DNA of 64,000 nucleotides from an uncultured archaeon (lineage in GTDB: Archaea; Aenigmatarchaeota; Aenigmatarchaeia; GW2011-AR5; JAHLMP01): NCBI GenBank assembly GCA_964428495.1, contig CAYRXY010000001.1:97473-161472 (forward strand), given 5' to 3'. Under the pieces are notes generated by a model. The model saw nothing but the letters and a program-made list of their open reading frames with translations, had not been told where the DNA came from and did no database searches. This document shows positions 45,782 to 54,935 of this stretch, piece after piece; position 1 is the first letter of the stretch; every line of letters begins with the position of its first letter. A program made the translations under genes and the position numbers.

Positions 45782-45919
45782 AACTAAGGCTTGGTAGTGA
45801 AATCTTTTAAACTTTTCTATCAGTGCGTCGGAAAAATGAATAGAATATTGGAAGATTTTTGCTTAATTTTTTGATTTTACTTTATCAATCTTTTTATTTC
45901 TCTCCCTCAATTTTATTTT

Positions 45920-47389
45920 ATGGCAAAGAAACGAACGAAAAAAGAAGAGAAGGTTTTATTTGGCGTGTTGAAGGAAAATTTCTCTGAGTGGTATTCTGAG
46001 ATTTTGAAACGTGCTGGTCTTGTCGATATTCGTTACAATGTGAAAGGCTTCGTTGTCTACAAGCCATGGGCAATGTATATGATAAAGAAAATTTATTCTT
46101 TGTTGGAGCAAGAGTTAGAGAAGCATGGTCATAAACCATGTTTGCTTCCACTTGTCATACCACCGGAAAATTTCGAAAAGGAGAGAGAGCATGTGGAGGG
46201 GTTTGAACCAGAGGTTTTCTGGATCACCGAGGCAGGAAAAAAGAAAATCGAGCGATTGGCACTAAGACCAACAAGTGAGACGGCATTTTACCAGATGTAT
46301 TCTTTGTGGATAAGGAGTTATACTGACTTGCCGTTGAAGATGTACCAATCTTGTTCTGTATATAGATACGAGACAAAGGCGACTAGACCATTGATCAGAA
46401 CAAGAGAGATTTTATGGATCGAGGCACACGATGCTTTCATCAGCGAAGATGAGGCGTTAGCACAAGTCAAAGAAGATATGGAAACTACTAAAAGCGTGTT
46501 GTGGGACAAACTGGGGATACCATTCATATTTTTCCGTCGTCCTTCTTGGGATAAGTTCAAGGGAGCGGTCGACACGTTTGCAAGTGATACTCTGTTACCT
46601 GATGGGAAGATCTTACAATTACCTTCTACTCATTATCTAGGACAGAACTTCGCCAAGGCATTCGACATAAAGTTTAAGGATGAGAATGGAAAGGAGAAAT
46701 ATGTCTATCAAACGTGTTATGGTCCGGGCATATCGAGAATACTGGCTGCGTTTATCTCGATTCATGGAGATGATCGTGGTCTAGTCTTGACACCGGAGTT
46801 GGCACCAGTGCAGATCGTGATAGTTCCGATACTGATAAAAGGAAAAGAGGAGAAGGTTTTGAAGAAGTGTAGAGACTTAAAGAGAAAACTTGAAAAGAAC
46901 TACCAAGTGGAGCTAGACCTAAGAGAAATACGACCAGGAGAAAAATTCTACTACTGGGAGATGCTCGGCGTACCGCTACGGCTGGAGGTTGGTCCAAAGG
47001 ATGTGGAGAAAAAACAGATTGTTCTTTCCCCAAGGATTGGTGAAAAATTGACCGTCAGCGAGAAGGAATTAGATAAACAAATCGAGAAGGTATTTGATAT
47101 GATAATAAAAGAAATGAAAAAGAGGGCTGAAAAATGGTTTAAAGATATAGTTAGCGAAGCAAAAACGATGAAAGAGTTGGAAAAAAATATCAAAGAGAAA
47201 GGAGGATTCGTAAAAGTCAATCTTTGCTCCATAGATGAGGATGGAGAAATGTGTGCAACGGAACTGAAGGAAAAGTTAGGGGTGGAAGTTCGTGGTGTTC
47301 GATATGATAAGAAGGAAAAACCGACTGGAAACTGTATAGTCTGTGGAAAACCGGCCAAATATGTGGTTTATGTAGGAAAATCATATTAA
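45920..47389 (+). CDS. proS: proline--tRNA ligase (archaeal/eukaryotic type)
   Basis: RPTSETAFYQMY and class II motifs. C-terminal zinc-binding domain CIVCGKPAKYVVYVGKSY ending in Tyr. Confidence 0.9.
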   Translation: MAKKRTKKEEKVLFGVLKENFSEWYSEILKRAGLVDIRYNVKGFVVYKPWAMYMIKKIYSLLEQELEKHGHKPCLLPLVIPPENFEKEREHVEGFEPEVFWITEAGKKKIERLALRPTSETAFYQMYSLWIRSYTDLPLKMYQSCSVYRYETKATRPLIRTREILWIEAHDAFISEDEALAQVKEDMETTKSVLWDKLGIPFIFFRRPSWDKFKGAVDTFASDTLLPDGKILQLPSTHYLGQNFAKAFDIKFKDENGKEKYVYQTCYGPGISRILAAFISIHGDDRGLVLTPELAPVQIVIVPILIKGKEEKVLKKCRDLKRKLEKNYQVELDLREIRPGEKFYYWEMLGVPLRLEVGPKDVEKKQIVLSPRIGEKLTVSEKELDKQIEKVFDMIIKEMKKRAEKWFKDIVSEAKTMKELEKNIKEKGGFVKVNLCSIDEDGEMCATELKEKLGVEVRGVRYDKKEKPTGNCIVCGKPAKYVVYVGKSY

Positions 47390-47408
47390 AAATAAAAAAA
47401 AGAAAAAA

Positions 47409-48593
47409 TCATTTCTTGATAATTTTTTCTAAAGTTCTTAGGTCCATTACCTTTGTTCCATTGGATTTCACTCTTTCTCTGAATCTAGTTCCAATGACAT
47501 ATTTTATTCTTCTTGAAATTGCAAAATCTACTAATTCCTGATTTATTGCTCCATCCACTATAATGCCCTTTACGTTTCTAAAATTGCTTATGTATTCATG
47601 TAATTGAGATAGAGGAACTTTACCAAGCAGGTTCATATTTTCATCTAGTATACATACAGCTCGTGTACCTATGATATCTTCAAGCATTTTCTTTAACTTC
47701 TTAGCGGTTTCTACATCAATGAAATTGCTTTCTTTTTTCACTTCTTCCTCCTTTATTTCACCTATGGAGCTGAGTTCTCTCTTAGCTTGGTCAGCTGGTA
47801 TTTTTTCTCTTAAAGCCTTATATATTTCCTTCTTTGTTAGCTCTTCAACTTCCTTGCCCTCCGGAGCCCTTGCAACATAATCTATCTCAGTAACTTCGAA
47901 TAATTTCTTTAGATTTAAGTCTCCACCTCTATCACCGTCCAAGAATGCCGTGACTACTTTCTCTTTACAAAGGTCAGCGATCGGCTTTGGTATGTTTGAA
48001 CCTTCAATGGCAATAACATTCTTTACTCCATGTTTTAGTAGATTTATTACATCTGCTCTTCCCTCTACAATTATTATTTCATCGTAATCCTCTATGTTTG
48101 GTCCACATGACAGACCATGATACGAGGAAATCTCCCATGCCCTAACAGCTTGTTTTATTTCTTCTGAGAGCTGGTCAGAATCAGGGAGTCCAGAATCCAT
48201 CATAGTTTTAAGAATCTCCTTAGCTCTATCTACTACATACTTTCTTTTCTGAGATCTAACATCTTCGACCTTTACAACGGTTATCTTTGCATCACATGGA
48301 CCAATCTTATCTATGGTTTCTAGACTAGCTGCTATTAAAGCAGTTTCACTCATATCAAGGCTAGATGGGACTAATATTGTTCCTTGTGATTTTCCATTAA
48401 CCTTTTTTAACTTTACCTCTATTCTACCTATTCTACCTGTTCTCTGAAGTTCGCGTAAGTCCATATCAGTTCCTAGAAGGCCTTCGGTCTGACCAAAAAT
48501 AGCCCCTATTACGTCTGGTTTTTCTACTATTCCACTGGTTTCTAATTTTGCATATATTAGATATTTTGCAAACGGTTGTGCCAATTTAGACAT
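47409..48593 (-). CDS. dnaG: archaeal DnaG (Toprim primase-like, exosome-associated)
   Basis: KYLIYAKLETSGIVEKPDVIGAIFGQTEGLLG N-terminus. Toprim IIVEGRADVINL...DGDRGG. Confidence 0.85.
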   Translation of the reverse strand: MSKLAQPFAKYLIYAKLETSGIVEKPDVIGAIFGQTEGLLGTDMDLRELQRTGRIGRIEVKLKKVNGKSQGTILVPSSLDMSETALIAASLETIDKIGPCDAKITVVKVEDVRSQKRKYVVDRAKEILKTMMDSGLPDSDQLSEEIKQAVRAWEISSYHGLSCGPNIEDYDEIIIVEGRADVINLLKHGVKNVIAIEGSNIPKPIADLCKEKVVTAFLDGDRGGDLNLKKLFEVTEIDYVARAPEGKEVEELTKKEIYKALREKIPADQAKRELSSIGEIKEEEVKKESNFIDVETAKKLKKMLEDIIGTRAVCILDENMNLLGKVPLSQLHEYISNFRNVKGIIVDGAINQELVDFAISRRIKYVIGTRFRERVKSNGTKVMDLRTLEKIIKK

Positions 48594-48761
48594 AGTGAAT
48601 ACCTCTAAATATTTTTAACCTAACTAGAAATAGAGGCGACTATTTACTACAGCTACTGAAATTCTTGATAAGATGAACATCATTTTCACCTGTTGAATAT
48701 AAGCCCCTAAATCTAGTTAGACCTATTATATATAAGGAATATAAGGTTTAAAAGTTTTGAA

Positions 48762-49313
48762 ATGTCACTACTGTTTATGAAGGATCGTTTGGAAAGGGTC
48801 ATATCAGAAAATTCTGAATATGTAAGTAAGGAGATAGCTAGAGAGGTTGCTAAGAATTATGGTCTTCCGGACGTTTCTCTAAAACCACATGAACCTTATA
48901 GAATGAGGCCGGAAATAAGGGGCGCTACAGAGATAAAATGTGATGTTGATAGGTGTGATATTGGTGAAAAGTACATAAATGAAGAGATTATCCAAAATTT
49001 GGATTGGTATGAAGCTGTTAGAACAAAGATACACGAACATATGCATGAAATTCTTGCGAAAACATTCCCTGGAATAAGTATGGCTAGCTATATTGATCCA
49101 ACGATTCACGAAATGCTCGCTGAATACCTTCCTTATAAGTGGCTTAAGGGGGTAAATTCATCACTTGCAGAAAGATGGAAGGCAGAATCTCCTTACTATG
49201 AACTGATAGAGCTAGCGGAGAAAATAGATGAGAAAAGGTCAATCGTTGATTGGGCAAAGGAGATAGATAATTATTTTAAGAAGTCTATAGCTGTTTACAA
49301 GAACCTGAACTAA
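48762..49313 (+). CDS. hypothetical protein with HExxH-like motif (possible metallopeptidase)
   Basis: KIHEHMHEILAKTF contains HEHMH. No signal peptide or TM helix. TATA-like TATTATATATAAGG about 30 nt upstream. Confidence 0.4.
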   Translation: MSLLFMKDRLERVISENSEYVSKEIAREVAKNYGLPDVSLKPHEPYRMRPEIRGATEIKCDVDRCDIGEKYINEEIIQNLDWYEAVRTKIHEHMHEILAKTFPGISMASYIDPTIHEMLAEYLPYKWLKGVNSSLAERWKAESPYYELIELAEKIDEKRSIVDWAKEIDNYFKKSIAVYKNLN

Positions 49314-49592
49314 TTATTCAAACTTAACCTTCTTAATTCGGAATCCCTTTCCAATGACATGAGCCTTTCCACATTCTTCACATATGTATCTTATGTCAAG
49401 CTTCCTTGTAGGTTTCTCTCTCCCCTCCGGCTTTGGTTTAGGGAATGATCCATAACCCTTGAGCTTTCTTTCGAATGATCTTTGCGACTTACTTCCTCCC
49501 TTTCTCGGTCTTCTCTTCGCAATCTCTACCTTATGCCAAGTATGCTTCTTACAGTTCGGGCAATATCTTCTTTGTCTTTTTGGAATTTCCAT
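49314..49592 (-). CDS. rpl44e: 50S ribosomal protein eL42 (L44e)
   Basis: [15 protein letters not shown]...CEECGKAH zinc ribbon. 92 aa. Confidence 0.9.
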   Translation of the reverse strand: MEIPKRQRRYCPNCKKHTWHKVEIAKRRPRKGGSKSQRSFERKLKGYGSFPKPKPEGREKPTRKLDIRYICEECGKAHVIGKGFRIKKVKFE

Positions 49593-50101
49593 TAAATCCC
49601 CTCGGCTATAACATTCTTTTTAGCAAGAAACTCTTTTAATTCTTTTGGTAGCTTGATTTTATCACCTTTTTTCAATCTATAGATTTTCATATCAGGTCCG
49701 ACAAATCTAGGTAGATCTTTGGTAATTAATACGTCATCATTTTTATTTTCATTTTGCTTTACTTCTTTCTTTTCTTTTCTTACAGTTATTGGGCTTTCAG
49801 ACTCGAAGATAATTTCATTAAATCTTCTTATTACGTTTATTATTTCCTCAAATAGAATCTTTTCCTCTTCTGTAAGGTTTATTGGGTATACTTTTGTTTG
49901 CACATAAATTAGTGCGGATTCCAATATTTTTTTAATTCTTCTATTTATCAAATCCTTTGCAACATTCTTTGCTTGTTCATCATGTTTTCTCTCGATATAT
50001 TCCCTTAGCTCTTGGAAGAAATTTTCTGGTAGTGCCTGAAGCTCTCTTCTATCTCTTTCTATCCAATACAATTCTCTAATCTTTTCAAATGTCAATACCA
50101 T
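49592..50101 (-). CDS. GINS complex subunit (Gins51/Gins15-type)
   Basis: A-domain pattern [35 protein letters not shown]-domain [31 protein letters not shown]. Adjacent to the primase, as in many archaea. Confidence 0.65.
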   Translation of the reverse strand: MVLTFEKIRELYWIERDRRELQALPENFFQELREYIERKHDEQAKNVAKDLINRRIKKILESALIYVQTKVYPINLTEEEKILFEEIINVIRRFNEIIFESESPITVRKEKKEVKQNENKNDDVLITKDLPRFVGPDMKIYRLKKGDKIKLPKELKEFLAKKNVIAEGI

Positions 50102-50109
50102 ATCAACAC

Positions 50110-51486
50110 CTATAAGACACTTTCATCATGATATTTTATTTGGTGAATCTTTAAACCCTTAAGAGTCTTAAATGATTTGTTGCATATCCTACAAATATAT
50201 CGCTCTTTCTTTTTTCCTTTATTTTTTGGCATAAGTTTAAATGGGTAGTTTACAGGATTCTTTATATTCTTACAAATTTCGTCCGGTTTACATATCCCTA
50301 TGTCTTTATAAAATAAGTCTCTGTCACAGTTTGCTGGAAGTAGGTTTTTTTGTCTTTTATTCCAGTTTAGTTGTCCCTTTATGTACGTCTTTGAAAGTGG
50401 GGATGTATTTTTCTTATTCCATTCATATAGCTTTTCCTCTATTTCTTCCCATGACCAATTCATATTTCTTAGGAAGGAAATTAGTGTGAAAACACTTCTC
50501 TTTTTTCCATCGTGAAGCCCCTTTAGTATTTCTTTTATACATGGTGGAAAAAGATTTTCGGGAGCCTTCTTTGTCGCTACTACTATTCTCTTCTTTCTTT
50601 TGGGTCTCTCTTTTTCTATCTCTTCTTTCTTTGCAGCCCAATCTAATGCATCTATTAACAGATCTGTCGCCTCTTTCTCCTTTGGCTTAAAAAATTCATA
50701 TTGAACTTTTACTGATTCTATCTTTGCTTTTTTTGGATCAAATTCTTCTGGATCTTTAATTGGAATTGATACCAACCATGTTTTTTCGTTTAGTGAATAT
50801 GGAGCTCTGAAAAGATGTCTCTCTCCCCATCCGGATTCTATTTCCACAAAGTCAAAGGCATTCAAGTTCTCCTTTTTTGAGATTTCTACTAATCTTTTCG
50901 CAGTGAATTTCCCCACTAACCACTTGAGTAATTTTTCCTGGACATTTTCTTTTATAAACTCTACGAGTGTTCGTGGAATTCTCGGATATTGTTTTGCAGT
51001 AGGTTGATAATTTATCTCTTTTGGAAAAGCTTCGAATGGTACGAGAATATGAAATCCACGAGAACCCGAGAATTTTATCCCGAATGATGTTATTTTATAT
51101 TTTTTTAGAAAATCTATCACGAATTTTGCGCACTTTTGAGCAACGGGCATACCTAATCTTGAATCAATATCCATTAGTAAATCCCAGCCTATTCGTAGTT
51201 CATCATAGTTTTTGTTTTCAGTAGATAACTGCATTGGGTTACTCCATCTTTCGACTGAGATATGAAAGGATGTTGCACCATTTTTTACGGCTTGAATGAT
51301 ATCTGTAGGATACTGAACAATCGATGGTCTTTTCATATAACCTTTTCCACTAACAGAACCTACGAATTCCCTATTTTTCGATAATTTTAGCATCTCCTTA
51401 AGGATGTCCTCTCTAGAATAGTACTTAAGAATTTGATTAATGGTCGGGACTTCTATCTTAAAGAGAGGCATGATATAAATCTGCAT
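50110..51486 (-). CDS. priS: DNA primase, fused catalytic PriS + PriL C-terminal Fe-S domain + C2H2 zinc finger
   Basis: AEP motifs LMDIDSRLG (DxD), FSGSRGFHILV and HLFRAPYSLNEKT. Then PPCIKEILKGL...ANC...GIC...EICKNIKNPVNYPF, a PriL-CTD-like stretch with 4 Cys. Then CRICNKSFKTLKGLKIHQIKYH. Confidence 0.8.
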   Translation of the reverse strand: MQIYIMPLFKIEVPTINQILKYYSREDILKEMLKLSKNREFVGSVSGKGYMKRPSIVQYPTDIIQAVKNGATSFHISVERWSNPMQLSTENKNYDELRIGWDLLMDIDSRLGMPVAQKCAKFVIDFLKKYKITSFGIKFSGSRGFHILVPFEAFPKEINYQPTAKQYPRIPRTLVEFIKENVQEKLLKWLVGKFTAKRLVEISKKENLNAFDFVEIESGWGERHLFRAPYSLNEKTWLVSIPIKDPEEFDPKKAKIESVKVQYEFFKPKEKEATDLLIDALDWAAKKEEIEKERPKRKKRIVVATKKAPENLFPPCIKEILKGLHDGKKRSVFTLISFLRNMNWSWEEIEEKLYEWNKKNTSPLSKTYIKGQLNWNKRQKNLLPANCDRDLFYKDIGICKPDEICKNIKNPVNYPFKLMPKNKGKKKERYICRICNKSFKTLKGLKIHQIKYHDESVL

Positions 51487-51515
51487 TTTAAACTCTTAAA
51501 ATCTCACAAAATGTA

Positions 51516-51758
51516 TTGTTTATTATGACGGAGGAATTAATGCTCATTGGAATTATATTGATTTTCATGGGTATGATTCTTGTTATCATTAGCTCTCTAC
51601 TTTCAGCCGGAAAAGGTGAGGTCAAGGTTGCTGTTGGTGGTTTCATCGGTCCAATTCCATTTGGCTGGGCGAATGATCCAAGGATGTTGAAGTGGATAAT
51701 AATCATCTCGGTTGTGATTGCGATAGTATTTTTGGTTATGATGTTTGGAGGAAGATAG
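51516..51758 (+). CDS. small membrane protein, DUF131/TIGR00304-like
   Basis: Two TM helices flank GGFIGPIPFGWANDPRM. Preferred over the antisense ORF 51488-51766. Confidence 0.5.
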   Translation: MFIMTEELMLIGIILIFMGMILVIISSLLSAGKGEVKVAVGGFIGPIPFGWANDPRMLKWIIIISVVIAIVFLVMMFGGR

Positions 51759-51856
51759 ATGATCACTAAGCAATTTCCATAATTTTTCTAAAGAAAATTT
51801 TACCGAGACAGAAAAAAAGATCAACCTATTTAACTTTTAGTATTCCCCTTTTCTTT

Positions 51857-53230
51857 ATGAAAAGATTCGCAGGAGCAAGAGTCAAGCTTTTGGGTTATAC
51901 TAGGGGAAGCGATGAGTTTTCATATCTTGGGCCTGAGGATATCACAGCTTATGCCGCACATGGGGATTTCAGCAAAGAGGCATCTTATAAACTGATCTTG
52001 AAAGATAAGAAAAGAGGTGATTTAGGAAAGAAGAATAAAACAATTATAAAGGAGAGTTACGGAAGAGGCCATGGATCCGTTGGTGACATTGCCCATTTTA
52101 CATTTAGCGTTGAAGGTCTGACGAGAGCTGCGACACTTCAGTTTACCGGTCCGCATTTCTTAGAGCATGAGCAACAATCGTTAAGAAGAGCGAGGATAGG
52201 AGATTTTTACATACCAAAAGATATAAGGGAATCAAATCTCTACAATAAACTTGATAATACTCTGGACGATATAACGAAATTTTATGATGAAATGCTTAAG
52301 GATGGGATTCCAAAGGAGGATGCAAGATTCTGCGTTCCATTACTTACAATAACAAATATAACGACCACCGGTAATGTTCGTGAACTTCAACATCTCCATG
52401 TTATGAATAAACAGGGTGAGGTTCCATCTTATGTTAAAAATGTCGTAAATAACATGATAAAGAAGGCAAGAAAAGTGGCGCCAAATCTTTTCAAGAAATA
52501 TAAATCAAATTATGAACTTCTTGCTTGGTATCCATCTACCCAAATATTTTCCTCTGAAAATAAAACAATAAACAAACTGATCAAAAAATATACATCAAAA
52601 GCCTCTAAAAGTGAACCTATTCTGCTTGCCCACTCTTCTATAGATATAGGAAAAGAAGAAATAGAAGATGCAATAAGAAACAGAAATGAGGCTGAATTGG
52701 CAAATCTCAAACATGTGAATTTTGAATTTTTGGTTGACGGCTCCATAGCTATGAATCATCAGCTGAGAAGGCAGAGAACAATGGATCTTTCTGATGAATC
52801 GATTTATGATGCTGCAAAGAGAAGAGAAATTATTACTCCACCGAAGATTGAGAAATCGGATTTGAAAGATGATTATCTGTATTATAATAATTTGCTGTTA
52901 GACCTCTACGAAGAACTGATTGATGAGGGTGTTTCTAGAAAGGAAGCGATTGGTGTTGTTCCTCACTCCCTTGATATTTACTCAATGATCAGAATTAATG
53001 GCTTTAACACATATCATTTCATTGGAAAGCGAAAATGCACGGAAGCTCAGTGGGAGATCAGAAACCTTGCGTGGAATATTGCAAGGAGGCTAAAAGGAGT
53101 CAATCCGACTATAGGGAAATATGCAGAGCCTCAATGTGTAACCTACGGAAAGTGTCCGGAGAGAAATCCTTGTCCTTATCTAGAGGCATATGAGAAAAGG
53201 ATGGAACGTAATTTAAATTCTTCTCATTAA
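51857..53230 (+). CDS. ThyX-family (flavin-dependent thymidylate synthase-like) protein, tandem-domain, degenerate signature
   Basis: Two ThyX-like repeats. GHGSVGDIAHFTFSVEGLTRAATLQFTGPH-x7-S has RHR replaced by GPH. FEFLVDGSIAMNHQLRRQR-x7-S reads RQR. TEAQWEIRNLAWNIARRL matches ThyX helix SHAQWEI. Confidence 0.55.
   Translation: MKRFAGARVKLLGYTRGSDEFSYLGPEDITAYAAHGDFSKEASYKLILKDKKRGDLGKKNKTIIKESYGRGHGSVGDIAHFTFSVEGLTRAATLQFTGPHFLEHEQQSLRRARIGDFYIPKDIRESNLYNKLDNTLDDITKFYDEMLKDGIPKEDARFCVPLLTITNITTTGNVRELQHLHVMNKQGEVPSYVKNVVNNMIKKARKVAPNLFKKYKSNYELLAWYPSTQIFSSENKTINKLIKKYTSKASKSEPILLAHSSIDIGKEEIEDAIRNRNEAELANLKHVNFEFLVDGSIAMNHQLRRQRTMDLSDESIYDAAKRREIITPPKIEKSDLKDDYLYYNNLLLDLYEELIDEGVSRKEAIGVVPHSLDIYSMIRINGFNTYHFIGKRKCTEAQWEIRNLAWNIARRLKGVNPTIGKYAEPQCVTYGKCPERNPCPYLEAYEKRMERNLNSSH
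53212..53218 (+). promoter_or_regulatory. TATA box (TTTAAAT) about 27 nt upstream of tRNA-Ser +1
   Basis: Lies inside the 3' end of the ThyX-like CDS. Spacing matches the other RNA genes. Confidence 0.4.
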
Positions 53231-53241
53231 TTACTAATTAC

Positions 53242-53374
53242 GCCGGGGTAGCCTAGCCCGGTAAGGCGGTGGCCTCGAGAGGAGGATGTTTATAGTTTCC
53301 TTCCTTCAACCTTCCCTTCGACGAGTAAGCCACTGGAGCTTTGCTCCGCGCAGGTTCGAATCCTGCCCCCGGCG
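53242..53374 (+). tRNA. tRNA-Ser (anticodon CGA) with a 48-nt intron in the anticodon loop
   Basis: Acceptor GCCGGGG/CCCCGGC plus G73. 3-bp D-stem GCC/GGC. Anticodon stem GTGGC/GCCAC enclosing 55 nt (7 + 48) that begins CTCGA. Long variable arm TGGAGCTTTGCTCCGC. T arm GCAGG-TTCGAAT-CCTGC. Confidence 0.8.
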
Positions 53375-53412
53375 CTTAATTCTTTAAAATTCATGAAAAA
53401 GAATTTACTAAT

Positions 53413-54576
53413 ATGTGCCTACTCGAAAAATATAAACCAGGGAAGATAAGTGAAATTTTAGATAATAGGATAGCAGCTGAAGAAGTTTTAAGACTTGTTA
53501 AAAATTACAAGAGAAGAAAAGCGATAATGATTTATGGCCCCCCTGGTTGTGGTAAGACGTTAACTGCTGAAATTGTTGCACATGAATTAAAATATGAATT
53601 GGTCCGACTCACTGCTGCTGACTTCCGTTCTTATTATCAACTAAAACGGAGTATTCTTCAATCATCGCTTCAGGCTAGCTTATCATATAAAGGTAAAATT
53701 CTTCTCATAGATGAACTAGAATTTGTTTTTGATCCTGGTATGAAGCGTGGTTTGAAGGAATTGATAAGAGAGTCACCATTTCCGGTCATTCTTATATCTC
53801 AGAACCCCTACGTTCCTCAACTAAGGGAAATAAGAAAATTTTGTAAGCTTGTTAAGTTTAATAGAGTTAAGTGGACTTCGATAAAAAGATTGATGGAAAA
53901 AATCGTAAAAGCAGAAAAAATAAAATATGAGTCTAATGCATTAGATCAACTCGCTAGAATGTCTAATGGTGATGTGAGAGCAGCTCTGATAGATCTCAGT
54001 TCACTTCCAGAAGTTACTGTAGAATCGCTACAAACAATAGGTGATAGGGCTCAAGAGCAAAGCATCTTTGATACTCTAAAAGTCTTGTTTAAAACACTAG
54101 ATTTAGAAAATGCATATCTAGCTTTAGATCAAGCAGAAAAAACACCAGATGAAATCTTTTGGTGGTTAGAAGAAAATATTTTTAGGGAGTATGAAAAACC
54201 GGAAGATATAGCAAAGGCATACCAATATCTTGCGTTTGCTGATTTTTTCAAGAATCAAATTACAAGGAGACAGGCATGGGCACTTCAGAAATACTTTTTA
54301 GATGGCCTTATGTTTGTCAGTATCGCTAAAAAAGAACCATATCGAAAATTTATAAAATATGAATCTCCGAAGTTCTTCCTTCAATTTAAAAATCAAATTT
54401 CTAAATCATTGGGTAATGCGCTACAAAAAATAGGGGGAATGACACACACGTCGAAAAAAAGAGCGATGAATTATTTATTTTTGATTAAGATTTTGGTAGA
54501 AAAGAAGAAATTCGAGTTTAATTTTACAGAGGATGAGCTAGAATCGATAAAGGGAATTAAACTTTCACATATTTAA
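53413..54576 (+). CDS. rfcL: replication factor C large subunit (AAA+ clamp loader)
   Basis: LEKYKPGKISEI N-terminus, Walker A YGPPGCGKT, Walker B LLIDELE, sensor NGDVRAA. TATA CTTTAAAAT at leaderless distance. Confidence 0.75.
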   Translation: MCLLEKYKPGKISEILDNRIAAEEVLRLVKNYKRRKAIMIYGPPGCGKTLTAEIVAHELKYELVRLTAADFRSYYQLKRSILQSSLQASLSYKGKILLIDELEFVFDPGMKRGLKELIRESPFPVILISQNPYVPQLREIRKFCKLVKFNRVKWTSIKRLMEKIVKAEKIKYESNALDQLARMSNGDVRAALIDLSSLPEVTVESLQTIGDRAQEQSIFDTLKVLFKTLDLENAYLALDQAEKTPDEIFWWLEENIFREYEKPEDIAKAYQYLAFADFFKNQITRRQAWALQKYFLDGLMFVSIAKKEPYRKFIKYESPKFFLQFKNQISKSLGNALQKIGGMTHTSKKRAMNYLFLIKILVEKKKFEFNFTEDELESIKGIKLSHI

Positions 54577-54935
54577 GGAAGTGTTATACACTTTCTTATC
54601 ATTGCTCTGTCTGTTTTTACAAGAATAATGAACGAAGTTCCTGATGGGCTTACAGGTGATGTAATATTAACATCTACATAGTAGCCAAACTTTCTATATT
54701 TTTCCTCTAAAAATTTTATTATCCAATTAAGATTTTCTTCCAAATTTGTAGCTGTCGAATATTTACTGATTGTCCTATTGAGTTCTCCTACGATATTCCA
54801 AGCAATAAACTCTTCATTATATCTAGGCACCTTTGCTGTATCCACTATGTAATAACCACGGAAGAATGTGGAAAGAGTTAGGAATAGAAAAGATGCTACG
54901 ACTGCGGATATCAAGAACCATTGACCTTTAAGCAT
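54573..54935 (-). CDS. type IV pilin-like protein (class III signal peptide), distal to main cluster
   Basis: N-terminus MLKG/QWFLISAVVASFLFLTLSTFF. Confidence 0.45.
   Translation of the reverse strand: MLKGQWFLISAVVASFLFLTLSTFFRGYYIVDTAKVPRYNEEFIAWNIVGELNRTISKYSTATNLEENLNWIIKFLEEKYRKFGYYVDVNITSPVSPSGTSFIILVKTDRAMIRKCITLP

Noticed and set aside
48620-48719. An 8-bp perfect inverted repeat, TAACTAGA...TCTAGTTA, brackets ~84 nt in the dnaG/HExxH divergent spacer. CTGA and AAGATGA box-like elements lie inside, so it was considered as a possible sRNA or operator.
   Set aside because: No 5' C box, no consistent box order on either strand, and the arms are short and AT-rich. Both flanking genes have their own TATA boxes that account for the spacer.
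51488-51766. A 92-aa minus-strand ORF competing with the 80-aa plus-strand ORF 51516-51758.
   Set aside because: The plus-strand product has a clean two-TM architecture with a conserved-looking GGFIGPIPFGW loop (DUF131-like). The minus-strand product does not look like a protein family member.
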